DNA of 55,884 nt, the filler included, from Porpidia crustulata (Eukaryota): the NCBI GenBank assembly GCA_964255105.1. It is 6 parts of 6 records of this genome, joined end to end, with 100 filler letters (N's around TTAATTAATTAA, not from the genome) between each part and the next. Parts side by side here need not be neighbours in the genome. Positions count along the whole stretch, not along the records: positions 37,350 to 46,569 come from CAXUWE010000974.1; positions 46,670 to 55,884 come from CAXUWE010000975.1; 4 more parts are not named here. The stretch is one strand, 5' to 3'. Below the pieces are notes generated by a model, which searched no databases, was not told the DNA's origin, and saw nothing but the letters and a program-made list of their open reading frames with translations. Below, piece after piece: positions 37,350-50,182 of the stretch (positions within the stretch are counted from its first letter, which is position 1; each line of letters begins with the position of its first letter). The position numbers and the translations under genes were made by a program.

Positions 37350-38076
37350 TATCTGCAGACCTCAGTCTATAGTAGCAAGGAGTTCGTTACTCTAGTCTAT
37401 CTCTATTCATATCTTGTGTTGTTATTAGAACAACCGTTACAAAAGTAGAGCACATACATTTCGACTGACACAATGATAATACTTCCTATCATTACTGACG
37501 CAATACAAGAGACCCTACCGCGGATGGATGTCCTCAGCCACTCAACCCTTGCCTTTCCACGTATCTTCTCGCTGCACGACGCTGAACTGTACGCCTTTGT
37601 CAACGTTAAGGTATGATTGTTCGCTTTTACATCCATGGTGTGAGTTATCATCAGACAGTTGGCGCAATTGGCTCTTGCTGCTCATCGTCTGCCGCCGATT
37701 ATGGAGAAACAAGATTAACATTCGCATGTAAAGATGCAAACAATAAGGCTTTTGTAAAGGCTGTGTCTGTCTTGATTCGACAAGGACACACTTCTTGGCT
37801 GTGTGGAAGGCCCTGGACACCATAACTGTAGCAACCTTAGGCATTGGACGCTGAAGATCCGGGTCAGCTGGATTTTGGTAGTCCTAGCTATCGAGTAAGC
37901 ACTCAACTGCAACATGTCGAGGTCATAATCAACCCAACCTAGGTCAGAGTAGTCTCCATAGCAGTGGTGTCAAGCCATCTGACATTGTGGAATACTGTCA
38001 TATGAACGGAGGGTTCTCCCTGAGGATATAGCAAGATAGTTTCCTCTGAAAGTTACTCGAGTCAAGAGCCTCTTCA

Positions 38077-38725
38077 TCACAAAGTGTCCTCCAGGGAGAC
38101 ATGCTCAAGGTCTTCTTGAACAGCGGCTCTTTCTTTCTGCTCTTGTGCTGTCTCATCTATGCAGCTCCCATCCCTACTTCCTTTGAACCCCGTCTCTAGA
38201 CCCTTGCCCTCCGTCAGCAGCCATTGGGCAACCGCCTCTTTCCCGTTAATCTCAGCCTCATAAACCGCGTCATGACCGGCTCTATTAACGATGGTGGGAT
38301 CAGCTCCAGCATGTATAAGGACTTTGACCGATTCAAGATGATCGTTGAGAGAAGCCCAGTGTAAAGGCGTGTTTCCGGAGACGTTTTGACAGTTTAGAAT
38401 GGCACTGTGTGGAGAGGAAGTAAGGGAAGTGCACATGGTGATTACGTGTTTCAAAACCTCTGATGAGGCCATTAGCTTCATCATTACAAGGCCTCGAATC
38501 GGCGTTACCACTGTGCCCATTGGCACTTGCCATGTGGAGAATCCCGTTACCGCTTTGCTTGTCAATGGCTGCGGAAACAATTGAGCCCTGGGGTCCATTG
38601 GCGGACTTGGCGAGTATTTCAATGTTGAATATCAATTCTTGCAATTCTCCGAGTCGTGCACAGTAGAGGAGTTCTTCGACATCTTCCTCGCTCAACGACG
38701 GCATTATTGCAGTAGGCATGTTCAT
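38077..38725 (-). CDS. YAR1: Ankyrin repeat protein Yar1 (Rps3 chaperone); one intron ~38508-38460
   Basis: LSEEDVEELLYCARLGE, GNGILHMASANGH, NVSGNTPLHWASLN.H, N.AGHDAVYEAE. Confidence 0.85.
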
Positions 38726-39128
38726 CGAATGTAGATTAAGTGATTGTGGATTGGAGAGGTGGAATCAAACGTCTACTACGCGAGCTCTTCACCGGGGGGT
38801 GCCAAAAGTCACTGGAGTCCTTAAGCGAGACGCCCCTAGCGAACTACTCCATTGACTTTTGACATCCCCTGGTGCTTGGCGATAGGGTATCACGTCGCTC
38901 TTCACCAATCGTGTGGCAGCGACAATCAGGAAGAATGATCATATCAAATGTCTCAAAGGTGGGAGAATTATCTGATGCTATTATTCTCACGCTACTAATA
39001 TGATACCTAATTCCCAGCCATGACGCTACGCTAGCTCGGAAAATACCATATCCTGAGATGCAACGTCCTCCCTTTCGCCAGAGAAGGGACGCCGGCATGC
39101 TACATGTTCAGTCCAGCCATTCATTGGC

Positions 39129-39899
39129 TCAATCTCTAAGCCAAGCTTTTCTCTTCTCTTCCTTCTTCTCTTTCCGCTTCTCCTTGAAAGCCTTCAATTC
39201 CTGCCGAGACAACTTCTTCCCACTTCTCTCTGCCTTTAAACTCTTCCCGTTGTGGCTATTGGCAGCAGCGTCGACGTCGAAAAACGCACTCATCTGCCGC
39301 TTGCTCTTATTCTCATCATTGTGATTCTCCGGATTGATGCTATGTGGTTGCCATTTCCCGGTAAAGCGGTTGAAGACTCCAGTTGCGGTGTAGTTCTCTG
39401 CCGGGTCCACTGTGTGAGCAGTACCATCTTCATTAAACTGAGGCTGCTGAGCATATGAGGCCGTAGGATCATAGTCACCGTGTATCGCTGGATCGTAACC
39501 ACCGTATGGCCGCTGGGGTGGAGGGTCTTCGGTGCCTGGCGCTTTCTCCGGTATTCTATCGTAATTACCTACGCCTGGTACGGTTGCAGAGGTTTCAGGC
39601 ATCCGAGGGTTAGTCCATTGCGATACCTTGGTGAAGCGGTTGAAAAAGTAGTACGCCTGAGCGCTTTCATCCCATACAGGATCCCATCCATCATCTTGCG
39701 TGTCAACTGGTGGTGCTTCGGTAGGTAAGGGCGGAATCCGATCTACGGGCAATGCCGAAGCTCCTAAGTCCTCCTGTAATGACTTCACGTCGTCTACATC
39801 GTCGCCGCTGGAAGTAGCTTCAGTGCTGTGGTCGGAACGATCGCCATTAACGCGACCGCTCTTCACCGTTTCACGCTCTCTAGAAGTGTCGCGGGACAT
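39129..39899 (-). CDS. WW domain protein
   Basis: DDGWDPVWDESAQAYYFFNRFTKVSQWTNP (WW domain), GGYDPAIHGDYDP, FNRFTGKWQ, Lys-rich C-terminus ending AWLRD. Confidence 0.85.
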   Translation of the reverse strand: MSRDTSRERETVKSGRVNGDRSDHSTEATSSGDDVDDVKSLQEDLGASALPVDRIPPLPTEAPPVDTQDDGWDPVWDESAQAYYFFNRFTKVSQWTNPRMPETSATVPGVGNYDRIPEKAPGTEDPPPQRPYGGYDPAIHGDYDPTASYAQQPQFNEDGTAHTVDPAENYTATGVFNRFTGKWQPHSINPENHNDENKSKRQMSAFFDVDAAANSHNGKSLKAERSGKKLSRQELKAFKEKRKEKKEEKRKAWLRD

Positions 39900-40461
39900 G
39901 GATATGATGCAGAGCAGGACAATCAGCACATTAGAAAGGAATCTAGACGCTATTAATACACAGATGATGATGCTGTGGCAAGCTGGTGTTCAGATGTGGA
40001 GTAAGAATATTGGTGTCGATCAATTGGTCCCTCAGCTGGATGTGGGCCTAGCTAAGGTGGGTATAGTAGCGGTGACTACCAGGCCGAAGAAGGTCGGCGC
40101 GCTAAGGTAACTCCGTAAAAACCCTTTGCATCCTTCCATGCCCCGCCCTGCACAATGACCGCGCCTTCGCAAAATTCATAGGTCACCCGCGGCCTCCAAA
40201 CCTTTTCCTACTGCATACATCCATCTCCGTGTATCTGCGAAATCTGAAGCGTTTCCAGTCGAGTGAGTATAATAGAAGCGGTCTGGCTCTGGACAGCAGG
40301 TCTGTCAATAGACGTTTATGGTACATACTTCTACATCTCTCCAGTCATCTCAAATTATACACCCAAATCAGATCTTGAGCGTTGATAATCGTCGTCGCCA
40401 AAACATTGCTGTATATTTTCAATATCAATACTAGACTATCAAAGGAAAATCAAGCGTCAAG

Positions 40462-42120
40462 ATGTCGTGGTTCAAGGAAGCCCTCATGGACAAGAAACAT
40501 GAGATTGTCCTATTCTCCTCTACCGCTATTGCTCTCTACGGTTATGACCAAGGCATGATGTCGCTAGTCAACACAAATTATGATTACCTCAAGACAATGG
40601 GAATCAAGGAAGAGGATCCGCTTGTTGGTATCATTGTCTCGGTTTACTACCTTGGTTGTGCAGTCGGAGCTGTTTTGGCAAGCTTGCTGGCAGATATGAG
40701 AGGTCGAAAACCGAGCATCTTTGTCTGTCTGGCAGTCACAGCGTTAGGAAACCTCTTCATGTTCATCTCGGGATTAGGTTTCAAACAGGGTGCCTTAGCC
40801 ATGATGTTGGTAGGAAGGGTCGTCATGGGTCTTGGTGTTGGCGGAATCGACTCAGTCATTCCGGTGTATTCGTCAGAGTTGAATTCCGATGGTGGGAGAG
40901 GAAAAGCTTTGGCTCAAGAATTTCAATCTAACATATTCGGGCTCAATATGGCGTTTGCTATCAACCTTCTAGTGACTAATCTCCTAGGGAAAGACAATCA
41001 ATGGGGTGAGTACCTTACTTATCCCAAAGTCATCGAGTTGCGCTAACACCGTCCAGCTTGGCGCCTTCCTATTATCATCATGCAGGTGTATCCCGTTTTG
41101 CTACTATCTTTCATTTATCGTCTGCCAGAAACTCCTCGATGGTTCATCTTTCATGAGCGCAAAGACGACGCACATGATGCACTTGTCGATATTTATGGAG
41201 AAGACGATGCCAAGGAGAAACTCGACCAGCTCATACAAGCCCATGAAGATGAGTCGAGCCATTCAGTAGGCTACAGCGATATGATTATGCCTTCAGGTAG
41301 TCAATTTCATCAAACTGTGGTTACTGTAATGGGTCAAGTCAATCAAGCCTTAACTGGCTATGGTGCAGTCAGTGTGTATGGACCTCAAATCTTTGAGCTT
41401 CTCGGTTTCGGCGTTTCTGAAGCCGAATATCTGACTGAAGGCAACTACATCTCATACTTCTTCATGATGACCTTTGCTTGGCTGCTCATCGACCGCGTTG
41501 GTAGGCGTATAATGATGGTCGGAGGTGCTTTTGCAATCTCGATATGCTTTCTCATTCTTACCCTGCTGGGGTATCTGGCTATGAATTGCAAGGAACTCGG
41601 CATTCCCAATCTAGCGGTTTCTATACCTGGCAGCATCATTCTGTTCATTGCGACCGCGATGTTCGGTATCGGCTGGCTTTCGCAGCCCTGGCTCATTCCC
41701 ACGGAGATTTATCCCTCGACGTCGCGAGCTCAAGGTTCAGCCATTTCGGTTGTCATTTGGGGCATTGCCAACTTTGCAGTCACCCTACTAACACCAATTG
41801 GTTTCAACAATCTTCAATATTGGCTTTTTCTTGTATTTGCTGTGACAAATCTATTTGCTGCATGGTGGACTTGGGTAAGCCTCTTTTCACCTAATATCAC
41901 CCAAGTAACATAATTGACGTTTGTGAAACAGGCATACTCGCCCGAGACCGGCGGCAGAAGCTTCGAGGAGAACCAGCAATTCTTTGAAGACGCCAAGGAA
42001 CGAAATAGCTGGTTTGTCAAGAAGATCAAGAACGGCGCATATCGGCACATGCCTAAAAGCGAGAAAGGAGACGGCCAGGACGGAGAGACTGCTCCTCTTT
42101 TAGGAAGTGGATCGCAATGA
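40462..42120 (+). CDS. MFS sugar porter family transporter (introns ~41006-41057 and ~41875-41931)
   Basis: LYGYDQG, D.RGRK, GRVVMGLGVG, PVYSSE, PETPRW, IDRVGRR, PWLIPTEIYP..RAQG, PET.G.S.EE. Confidence 0.92.
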
Positions 42121-43223
42121 TTGGCCAACCTACTTGCCAGGGCAGCTTTGCGTTGAATTTGACATGTCATTCCTTTTAGGTTTGATTGGTACCATGGTAC
42201 CAGTAAATAGCACGTGAAATACTAACACTGCAGCCGCGTTTATATCTTATCAATCTTGCTCTTTGGGTCGCCTGCTGCGAGGTCACCATTTATTATTTAC
42301 GATGATCCACGACTTCTGTTAATAACCTGCGCAGACCGTGACTGTTGATTAATAATCCCTACTCAAACGTCGAAGTAGCGCCTTCTCAATATTCATGTCT
42401 TGTGGCTCTCAGTAATTCTCGAAATCTATCTCATCAAATGAGGCGCATGGATTTGATTGCAGATCGGTAGCAGCCCGGTCTCGGCGGCGAAAACAAGACG
42501 TTGCCATCGTGTACTCACATTCGCTTGGATGGGTTTGTACAAATTTCACGTGTATCTCACATGTCGATGCAAATTACCGCTATTCTTGAATAGACTTGGC
42601 GTGGTGCGCTTGACATACCTGATGATCCGTATTTTGACGCTTTCTTCCTTATAACCACACCAGCAATAACCTATTTTGCATTTTACGGGTCATGGTAATC
42701 AACCTCCCAGATCGGGAAAGAATGCTACCCCGTATGGCCATTCAGCATCTCGTATCTACTGCCCTTTTACTGAGCCGATCTAGCAGGTTTTCTCGTGGAG
42801 GATCGGAAGTTATAGTCCTGATGAGCAATCTGCCATGAAGTCTTGACGGAGCGCTAGTTTTCGCAGGTTTACCGTCAGATTTGTGCTGATAGGTTCTTTT
42901 GAGAATCTGAAGTGTTGAAGCGATGATGTATCTTGGTTCTTGATGATACATAGAATTCCGAGTCACATCCCAAGCCCTATTCGAATGTAGAGGGATTGAG
43001 GATGGCTGTCGATATATCAATTGACTGTCAGAATCGTCATAGCGCGTCCCGGTAACGAACTAGCGTCTTGACTAACCACGAAAATCACATGTCACCCTTG
43101 ACCTTGGCTCAGGTACAAATGACAAGTCAGCTGCTGCTCATACTTCCTATCTCAGAACCGACAACTTTCAATTGCATCAGATTATACGTACAAAGTCATT
43201 GACGCAGATGCCCAAAGGCGAAA

Positions 43224-44862
43224 ATGGAGACCAATACTGGAGAATCCAGACTTGACACTATACCACGATATGAGGTTCGGCCTGCTATACCCTCAACTTC
43301 GTTACCTTCACATGCGCCCGAGGGTGACTTTAAAGCCATGGATGCCGGAACCACCAACGCTCAAAGCGGTCGAGCGTCCAGAGATACCAGCGTACTTTCC
43401 ATGGATGATATCGAGGCTGCTCAAGCACTCGAAGGTCTTCGCACAGGTACATATAGATAGCTTCAGTCTACCTCCGAACATTTGCTAAACGATGCCCATA
43501 GATTTCCTACAGAGTTCTTCGATAGATTACTCGAATATCCAGTCGCCAAGGACTGATCCTTTTTCAGCAGGATCACCAGAACATCAGCAACCTGAGCCTC
43601 TGCTAACCCTACTCACGTCCCATCATCCTCTTCTGTCTACTGCTATTCACGGTTCAATCTCAGCTTATACTTCCTCCAAATCATACTCTCCCAGGTTTCG
43701 TTCAGGTGCTGAATTTGTGGAGCGCTTAGGCTCTCCTGTGGTGAATACAATGGGAACCGCCGGTAGAATGAGTGGAGTTGAGTCGGGGGTTCGGTGGATG
43801 CTAAGGAAACATGACTCTAGCGAACAAATTCCCAGCAATAAAAGGCGGCGAACAGATCGGAACGATAGCCGTGATATGGATGTCGAGAGCGGTCTAAGGG
43901 AATCATCATCCCAGCCTAATGTCCGGCGACAATTCTCAGAAATGTCGATTGGAGAGGTTCTCCCCCCGTATGATGATCAACGTTCACCAGATTATGAAGC
44001 AAAGAGTTCAAGACTCGTACCAGGCCAAAGATCTCAAACACGTCAAAATCAACACTGGGGGACCAAGTTCATGATGACTACATCTGCACTCACCGCTGCA
44101 CTGAGCGAGGAGTCTTTGCGAAGTCTCAAGTATTGCTTAACCTGGGTTTTATGGGCAAACAATCATTTAGGGCAAACAGCTGACAAGCTGAAGAGTGAGA
44201 TCGAAGAATGGAATCATTCTCAAGAGGGTCCACCACGGTCGGACTCGCAATTAGAAGGGCAAGATGAGAAACATCCTATCGACTCTGAGGGTCGGCCTGC
44301 CGCGAGAGATCAAGCGGCTATTTTACGACACATAAAATCCCTCAAATACGATATCTTTCAAACTCTCAAGAAAGTTGCAAGTATCGTGACGACCTATGCT
44401 AGTGGCGCACTTCCTAGCAACGCTCAGGAACTTGTGCGCTTACACCTGAAATCTCTACCGCAGCGATTCCACATCGCCTCGGCTGAAACCCATAGATCTG
44501 GGGTGGCCGGCCAAGAGGAGTCACAAGCACCTCCGGAACCAGTGACTAGCGCGCAGAGAGTGTTGGTCCTTGCCACAGCTGGTTTAGATATGACCAAACA
44601 GGTCAGTGAGATTTTGAACAGCACCATAGTCAGTGCCGAAGAGTGGTGCGACAAATTTGGCAAGAAGAGGAGTGACAAAGATGAGACACATGAAACTCCA
44701 GCAGCGTGGCATCTCAGGGACATCAAGCAGGAATACCCTGCTTCATATCAAGAGCAAGACGTCAATATGGAGAGTGACAGGAAAGTTTCTTTAAGTGCAG
44801 ATGATCTACACATGGCAAATCGGGACGAGAAGAAACAACTGTCGGCCAAAGATATCGGATGA
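43224..44862 (+). CDS. OPI1: Opi1-family transcription factor (Ccg-8-like); intron ~43447-43501
   Basis: DIEAAQALEGLR, HPLLSTAI.GS.SAY.SSKSYSPRFR.GAE, GVESGVRW, LPPYDD.RSP.Y, SEESLRSLKYCL, YASGALP.NA..LVR, IVSAEEWC. Confidence 0.82.
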
Positions 44863-46569
44863 GATTTGAATACCTACTTTCTTTATTCTATCATTTCACG
44901 GAGCAGAAAGGACTATAAAAGTCGCTCGGTCTCACATGCGCTTCGACACACGTGAAAGATTCTCGCATGATAAATATCTACAAAAGTACCCATGTCTCCA
45001 CGGTTCAGGTGACCCACGTCCATACCCTTGAGAGTCTGCCAATTATTTTGACAGTATCTGTACCTTGGTTCGGACTTGTAGAAGAAAAGCTTATCCGCTA
45101 TGTATATTTTGGGCCAAGCACATGATCGAACCACGGTTGCGTATTGTTATTTAGTATCGATCATGTTTATGGGCATAACCGCAATTAACATAAGAGGATC
45201 TAAGCTTCGCGATGTTACTGAAGTAAGCGGTGTATCTGTGTAGATATTCCACCAAAAGGAGGGAACTTCTCGCTCGGGCGTGCGAGTGTGTATTGAGGAG
45301 TCATTAAGGAGCATGTGGCTATCGGACTCTGTGCATCATGACATTATTATTTATATCAGATAGTGTCAATTAGTAGATTCATTTGACTCACCGTGCTTAC
45401 GTATCTTAAATATGGCCTCGAATCCGTGCAATAACTCGCTCATCCCCAAGCTGATCACTAACGTCGCGAGTCTCGACATCTCCGGAGAAGTGGCATCATA
45501 AACAAAAATCTACACTTGGTCACTGCCTGGAGTAGCAACGCCGCAATACCATCGCCATTGACAGCCAGAACAACCTGAAATACCACAATAACGTGCAACC
45601 TCGACATAACCGAAACCCGAATCAAAAATGCGGCACACTGGCTACCTATTCCACAGAAAGAAAAGAAAAGAAAACTAGAAACCTGGAAGCATGATATATC
45701 GAAAGCAAGAAAGGGTACGGGAGTTTGAGCCGATGAACATGATGACAGAGGCGAGAATATGAGTGACGATAGAGTTCAGGGGATAGGGGTAGGAAGTGTA
45801 TGGGGTATAACGAGGCCGATGCGGAAGGAGAGTGTTTTTCTTGCACCGTTTGCGATGAGGGGGATGATGAGACCCAGGAGCTGGAACTTGGTGAAATGTG
45901 TTCCGCCCCGAAATAGATAGATACTCTTGCTTTGCGCAGGGAAGGGAAAATGTAGCGAATCGTTTCCAAGATGTTTTGGGACGAGATGATGAAAAGCGAA
46001 TGTCGGTGGTGGGAAGGAAGAGTTGAGAGATGATTTACCGGCTTTTTGTAGGTGCCTTATCCACACAGTTCCTCAAATCTATCTATTCATCTACTCAATA
46101 AATATTTCATCCTAACTTTCTGATGGTGAAATAAGTAAATCTGAAAGCGAAGGGAGGTTGGACTCGGGATGGTTGCGGGGGATTCGTATCGAACCATCTA
46201 AATACCTACGTTAGATATTCCTAGATATGAATACGATCCAAGCAGGTTCCTAGAAAGATAAGAGGCCGGCGCGAGAAACCTCAGTACGATAGCTTATAAG
46301 AATCCACAATCTTTCAAACACTGTCTCCACCTCCTCTCTCTGATTATAATTACCAAAAACCCTTCCTTCCTGCCTCCCGCACGCTATACTACCCCCTCGC
46401 CCATCGCTCCTTTTTCTTCTTTCCTCTTCCCCCACCCGCCTTTCCTTTCCTCCAAGAACAGCATGATAACACTATCGCAGAAACAAAAGAAAAAGTATTC
46501 TGAGATGTGTATGATAGATTTTGCTCAAAAGTAGGAAGAAGTAGACAGGTTATTAAGATAGTTTATTGT

Positions 46570-46669
46570 NNNNNNNNNNNNNNNNNNNNNNNNNNNNNNN
46601 NNNNNNNNNNNNNTTAATTAATTAANNNNNNNNNNNNNNNNNNNNNNNNNNNNNNNNNNNNNNNNNNNN
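46570..46669. other. Artificial contig spacer
   Basis: N44-TTAATTAATTAA-N44. Confidence 0.98.
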
Positions 46670-47639
46670 CCCCATCCCCTCTCTAAAACCTAACCAGCTC
46701 CTCCTCAAGACTCTCTACATCTCCAATGACCCCGCCCAGCGCGGCTGGATCTCCAAGCACATCAACCCCGAACGCCTCTACATGCCGCCCGTCAACGAAG
46801 GCGAAATCATGAAAGCCCGCACCATCGCCGAAGTCCTCGAATCGACCGCCGAAAACTTCAAAAAAGGCACGATGGTCACCGCCTACTCCGGCTGGTCTGA
46901 ATACCGCATCGCCGACGCCGCCGACTGCGCGCCCGTCACCGACATCCCCGGCCTCAAACCCACGCAATTCCTCGGCGCCCTCGGTATGACCGGCCTGACC
47001 GCCCTTTACGGCATCCGCGACATCGCCCGTGCAGGACCAAACGACGCCGTCGTTGTTAGTGGCGCCGCGGGTGCCACCGGTAGTATGGTCGTGCAGATCG
47101 CCAAGAACATGCTCGGCTGCAAAAGGGTCGTCGGTATCGCCGGCTCCGACGACAAGTGCCGCTGGGTCGAAAGCCTCGGCGCCGACGCCTGCGTCAACTA
47201 CAAATCCGCCGGCTTCGAAAAGGCCTTGGCTGACGCCACCGGGGGCTTCGTCGACGTCTACTTCGACAACGTCGGTGGTGATATCCTCGACTTCATGCTG
47301 ACGCGTATGGCGCGCCACCGCCCCGTCGCAGCCTGCGGTGCCCTGGCGGATTATAAAACCACCCCCCCAACTGGCCTGCGGAATTGGTTCGATGTGATTT
47401 CGATGAGGATCGAGATCCGCGGGTTCATTGTGCTAGATTTCTTCCCGAAGATGGCGGAGGCGACGAAAGAATTGATTGCGGCGCACAAGGCGGGGAAGCT
47501 CCGGATCGGGGATGAGAGCGAGATGGTGGTGGAGACGAAGTTTGAGGATATCCCGAAGACGTGGATGATGTTGTTTGATGGGAAGAATACGGGCAAGTTG
47601 GTCACGAAGGTCACGTACGCGGAGACTTCGTCGTTGTGA
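46670..47639 (+). CDS. NADP-dependent MDR oxidoreductase (prostaglandin reductase / alkenal reductase type), 5' end truncated
   Basis: YISNDPAQRGWI, LGMTGLTA, VVSGAAGATGS, VVGIAGSDDKC, DVYFDNVGG, G.NTGKLV. Confidence 0.9.
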
Positions 47640-47901
47640 TGGGTTTGGTCGTAACAGGGTTTGCAAGTAGGTTGTGAATATTCAAGGAGGACATAAGGGA
47701 CGGACGATTGTATATGCGACGAGTTTCCGACGATATAGAATCAAATTAGTCCCTTCACATACCATCTATACCCTATCATAGCCCCAAGACATCTATGCAA
47801 ACACGTATAATTCACCACGATTTCAATATATCGCTTTGTTGCGCCTTGGACCTGCAACGTACATTATCTAAAACCAAATGAACAAGTAAAATAGCTCCGC
47901 T

Positions 47902-49727
47902 TCATTTGATATACATCGCCTCGAAGAGATATACGACACCAAACACCAGGAACGCGAAACCACCTCCGAGGGTAACTGCGATTCTGTCAGCGCCGTCATT
48001 CCGATATTTCTCGATTTTCGGTGCTTACCTAATCTCAAGCTCACCCTGCCGGCGATTGCCCTACCCCCAAGAACCGCGATGGCTGTGCAAAAGGCGTGGC
48101 CGGACACGGCTCCTCCAGTGACCCACCAATAGTCTTGCCCCGCTGCCATTGCGATGGTGGCGATCTGGCTCCGGTCCCCCCACTCCCCTAGGAAGGTCAT
48201 TATGAAAGTTTGCACCCACGCCGGGCTCAGGAGCAATGAGAACAGATTGTTGACCCCGGCCAACATGTTCATTGCGCTCGAACCTCTGCTGGGCGAAGGG
48301 CTTCGCTCATCAGGGGAGGAAGGAGGAGAGTCGGGAGGGGCGGGCAGTCGGGAATTAGAGCGTATTTTGCGAGAATTCGCAAGACCTGCTTCCATCACGT
48401 ATGGGCTACTCGAGTGTCGCCGACGACCCATTTTCCGCGCCATTTCTTCTTTTTCTTCTAATTCCATCTCGACTTCTTTCATCTCTTCGCTGACGCCTTG
48501 GTCTGGGCTAATTCTGTAACCGTCCCGAACCATTTTCGCTCCGAATACCAGAAACAAGACCGCGGCGAGGAAGTTGGTGAATCGTTTGGGAATTAGTGTA
48601 GGAACTGCATGGCCTAGTACGGCGGATAGAATGGTCATTGCAATGAGAGCGGCGAAGGCGGCCGAGAAAACCACAAGGCGAGGATGTTTCATGGCCATTA
48701 GAGCGGCAATGAGGAAGGTCTTGTCACCGATTTCGGAAAATATGATCATTGAGAGGGAGAGAAGGAAGGAGTGGAGAGGCTGTATCAATGAGGATGGTGC
48801 AGAAGTAAGTAAGGTACTGGAAGGGGTGAAAGACTTGATGATCTCATTGATCTGAAGTGGATCCTTCGTAGGGTTTGTATGGGGTGGAACAGGATGGGGT
48901 ATATCGTGGGGCTTCTCGGGGAGATCGGCCGGTTTCTGCAATAGTTGAACTTAGTGTTCGTCAAATTCGGCTCGAGCAAACATTGTTACCTCAAGTCCTC
49001 CAATATGCTTCTCTTTGAACTTATCTTCATCCTCTATAACATTTTCTTTATTACCCTTACCAGCGTCTTTGACATCCGTTTTCCCGAGTTTTTCTTGCTC
49101 GCTATGAGGCAGTGGAGGAACTTCTTTTGGAGGATCTGGCTTCTTCTCTGTCTTAACGAGGCCAGCAGTACCTTCTTGCCCTTTTCCAATTCTGTTCTTC
49201 TCTGATATTCCTCCTTCTGTGCCCCTCGTTCCTTCTTTTGGCCCCAGGCGGTTTGGATCGTCCATTACCCCATCATTAGTCTCTGGCACATCTTTCCCAT
49301 CAGTGGACGACGATCCCTTTGTCTCTTCTTTTGATGTTGGTTTCTTCAAAGCGGCGACAGGCTCCTCATCACCGCTTTCTTTGGCCTTCTTTCGCTCCCG
49401 CTCTGCTTTGGTTTCGACGAAGGGGCCTTGATGTGGCCTACCATCCTTACCATCTAGCGGGGTGTCTTTCAATCCGATACTAGCATCAACTTTCTTTGTT
49501 TGGGAGACCAAGTCACCATCCTGTCCGCCTGCAGCAATATCCTTTGCCGTAAGACTAGAGGCTGTGTTTGTTTGCACAGCCAAGCTGGCGGATAGACTCG
49601 GGGAAGGACCAACAACTTTGCCCTGAGCTAAGGCTGCAACTTCCTCTGGTGATCTAATGGCATAGGAGAAGTGAAAGCATGGGAGCAGTAGAAGTAGTAA
49701 AGGTGCAGGCTCGTGTCGTAATTTCAT
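47902..49727 (-). CDS. GDT1: GDT1/TMEM165 (UPF0016) Ca2+/Mn2+ transporter with long fungal N-terminal lumenal extension; introns ~48989-48936 and ~48029-47977
   Basis: Signal peptide MKLRHEPAPLLLLLL and the two signature motifs EIGDKTF and EWGDRSQ. Confidence 0.92.
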
Positions 49728-50182
49728 CGTTCTTCCGTTTGCCCTTTCGGACAAGGACTTGGCTTCTGAGTCGGTCTCAGAGCCTCCAAGAGTTGGCAAT
49801 TAACGGTGTCAGATATACCAAGTTCGAGCGAGAGTCCTGGAATTGTATGATGCGTAGCCGGATTGGTGAGGGCCTGGATGATGTAGTTGATTGTGAGCGA
49901 AACCGATGGTAATTGTGCCTTTATCGGTAACTTCCGCCCCTGTACCCTCCAAACTACAAATAAAATCGAAGATCACGTGTGCGCAGGGATCACAGCGGCA
50001 GTCGACCTGCCGATAAACCTAGTCACAACATCACAGGCAAGTAGGTCCTTCAATCAACATATGACCGCGACAGAGCTCCAGCCTATATAGTCTGAGGTCG
50101 CATTAGGTGGAAAGAATCCGTGATAGCTATCTTCAACTACTATTGCAGATTTAATCGCGATTTAGCTACTTGTACTACCGCA

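Noticed and set aside
46168..46198. GATGGTT..AACCATC hairpin with a B-box-like sequence
   Set aside because: No A box or cloverleaf; a 7-bp stem is expected by chance
46683..47318. Long antisense or alternative-frame ORFs over GC-rich genes (also 28060-28527, 27972-28580, 27059-27712)
   Set aside because: Expected shadow ORFs of high-GC3 coding sequence with no independent protein features
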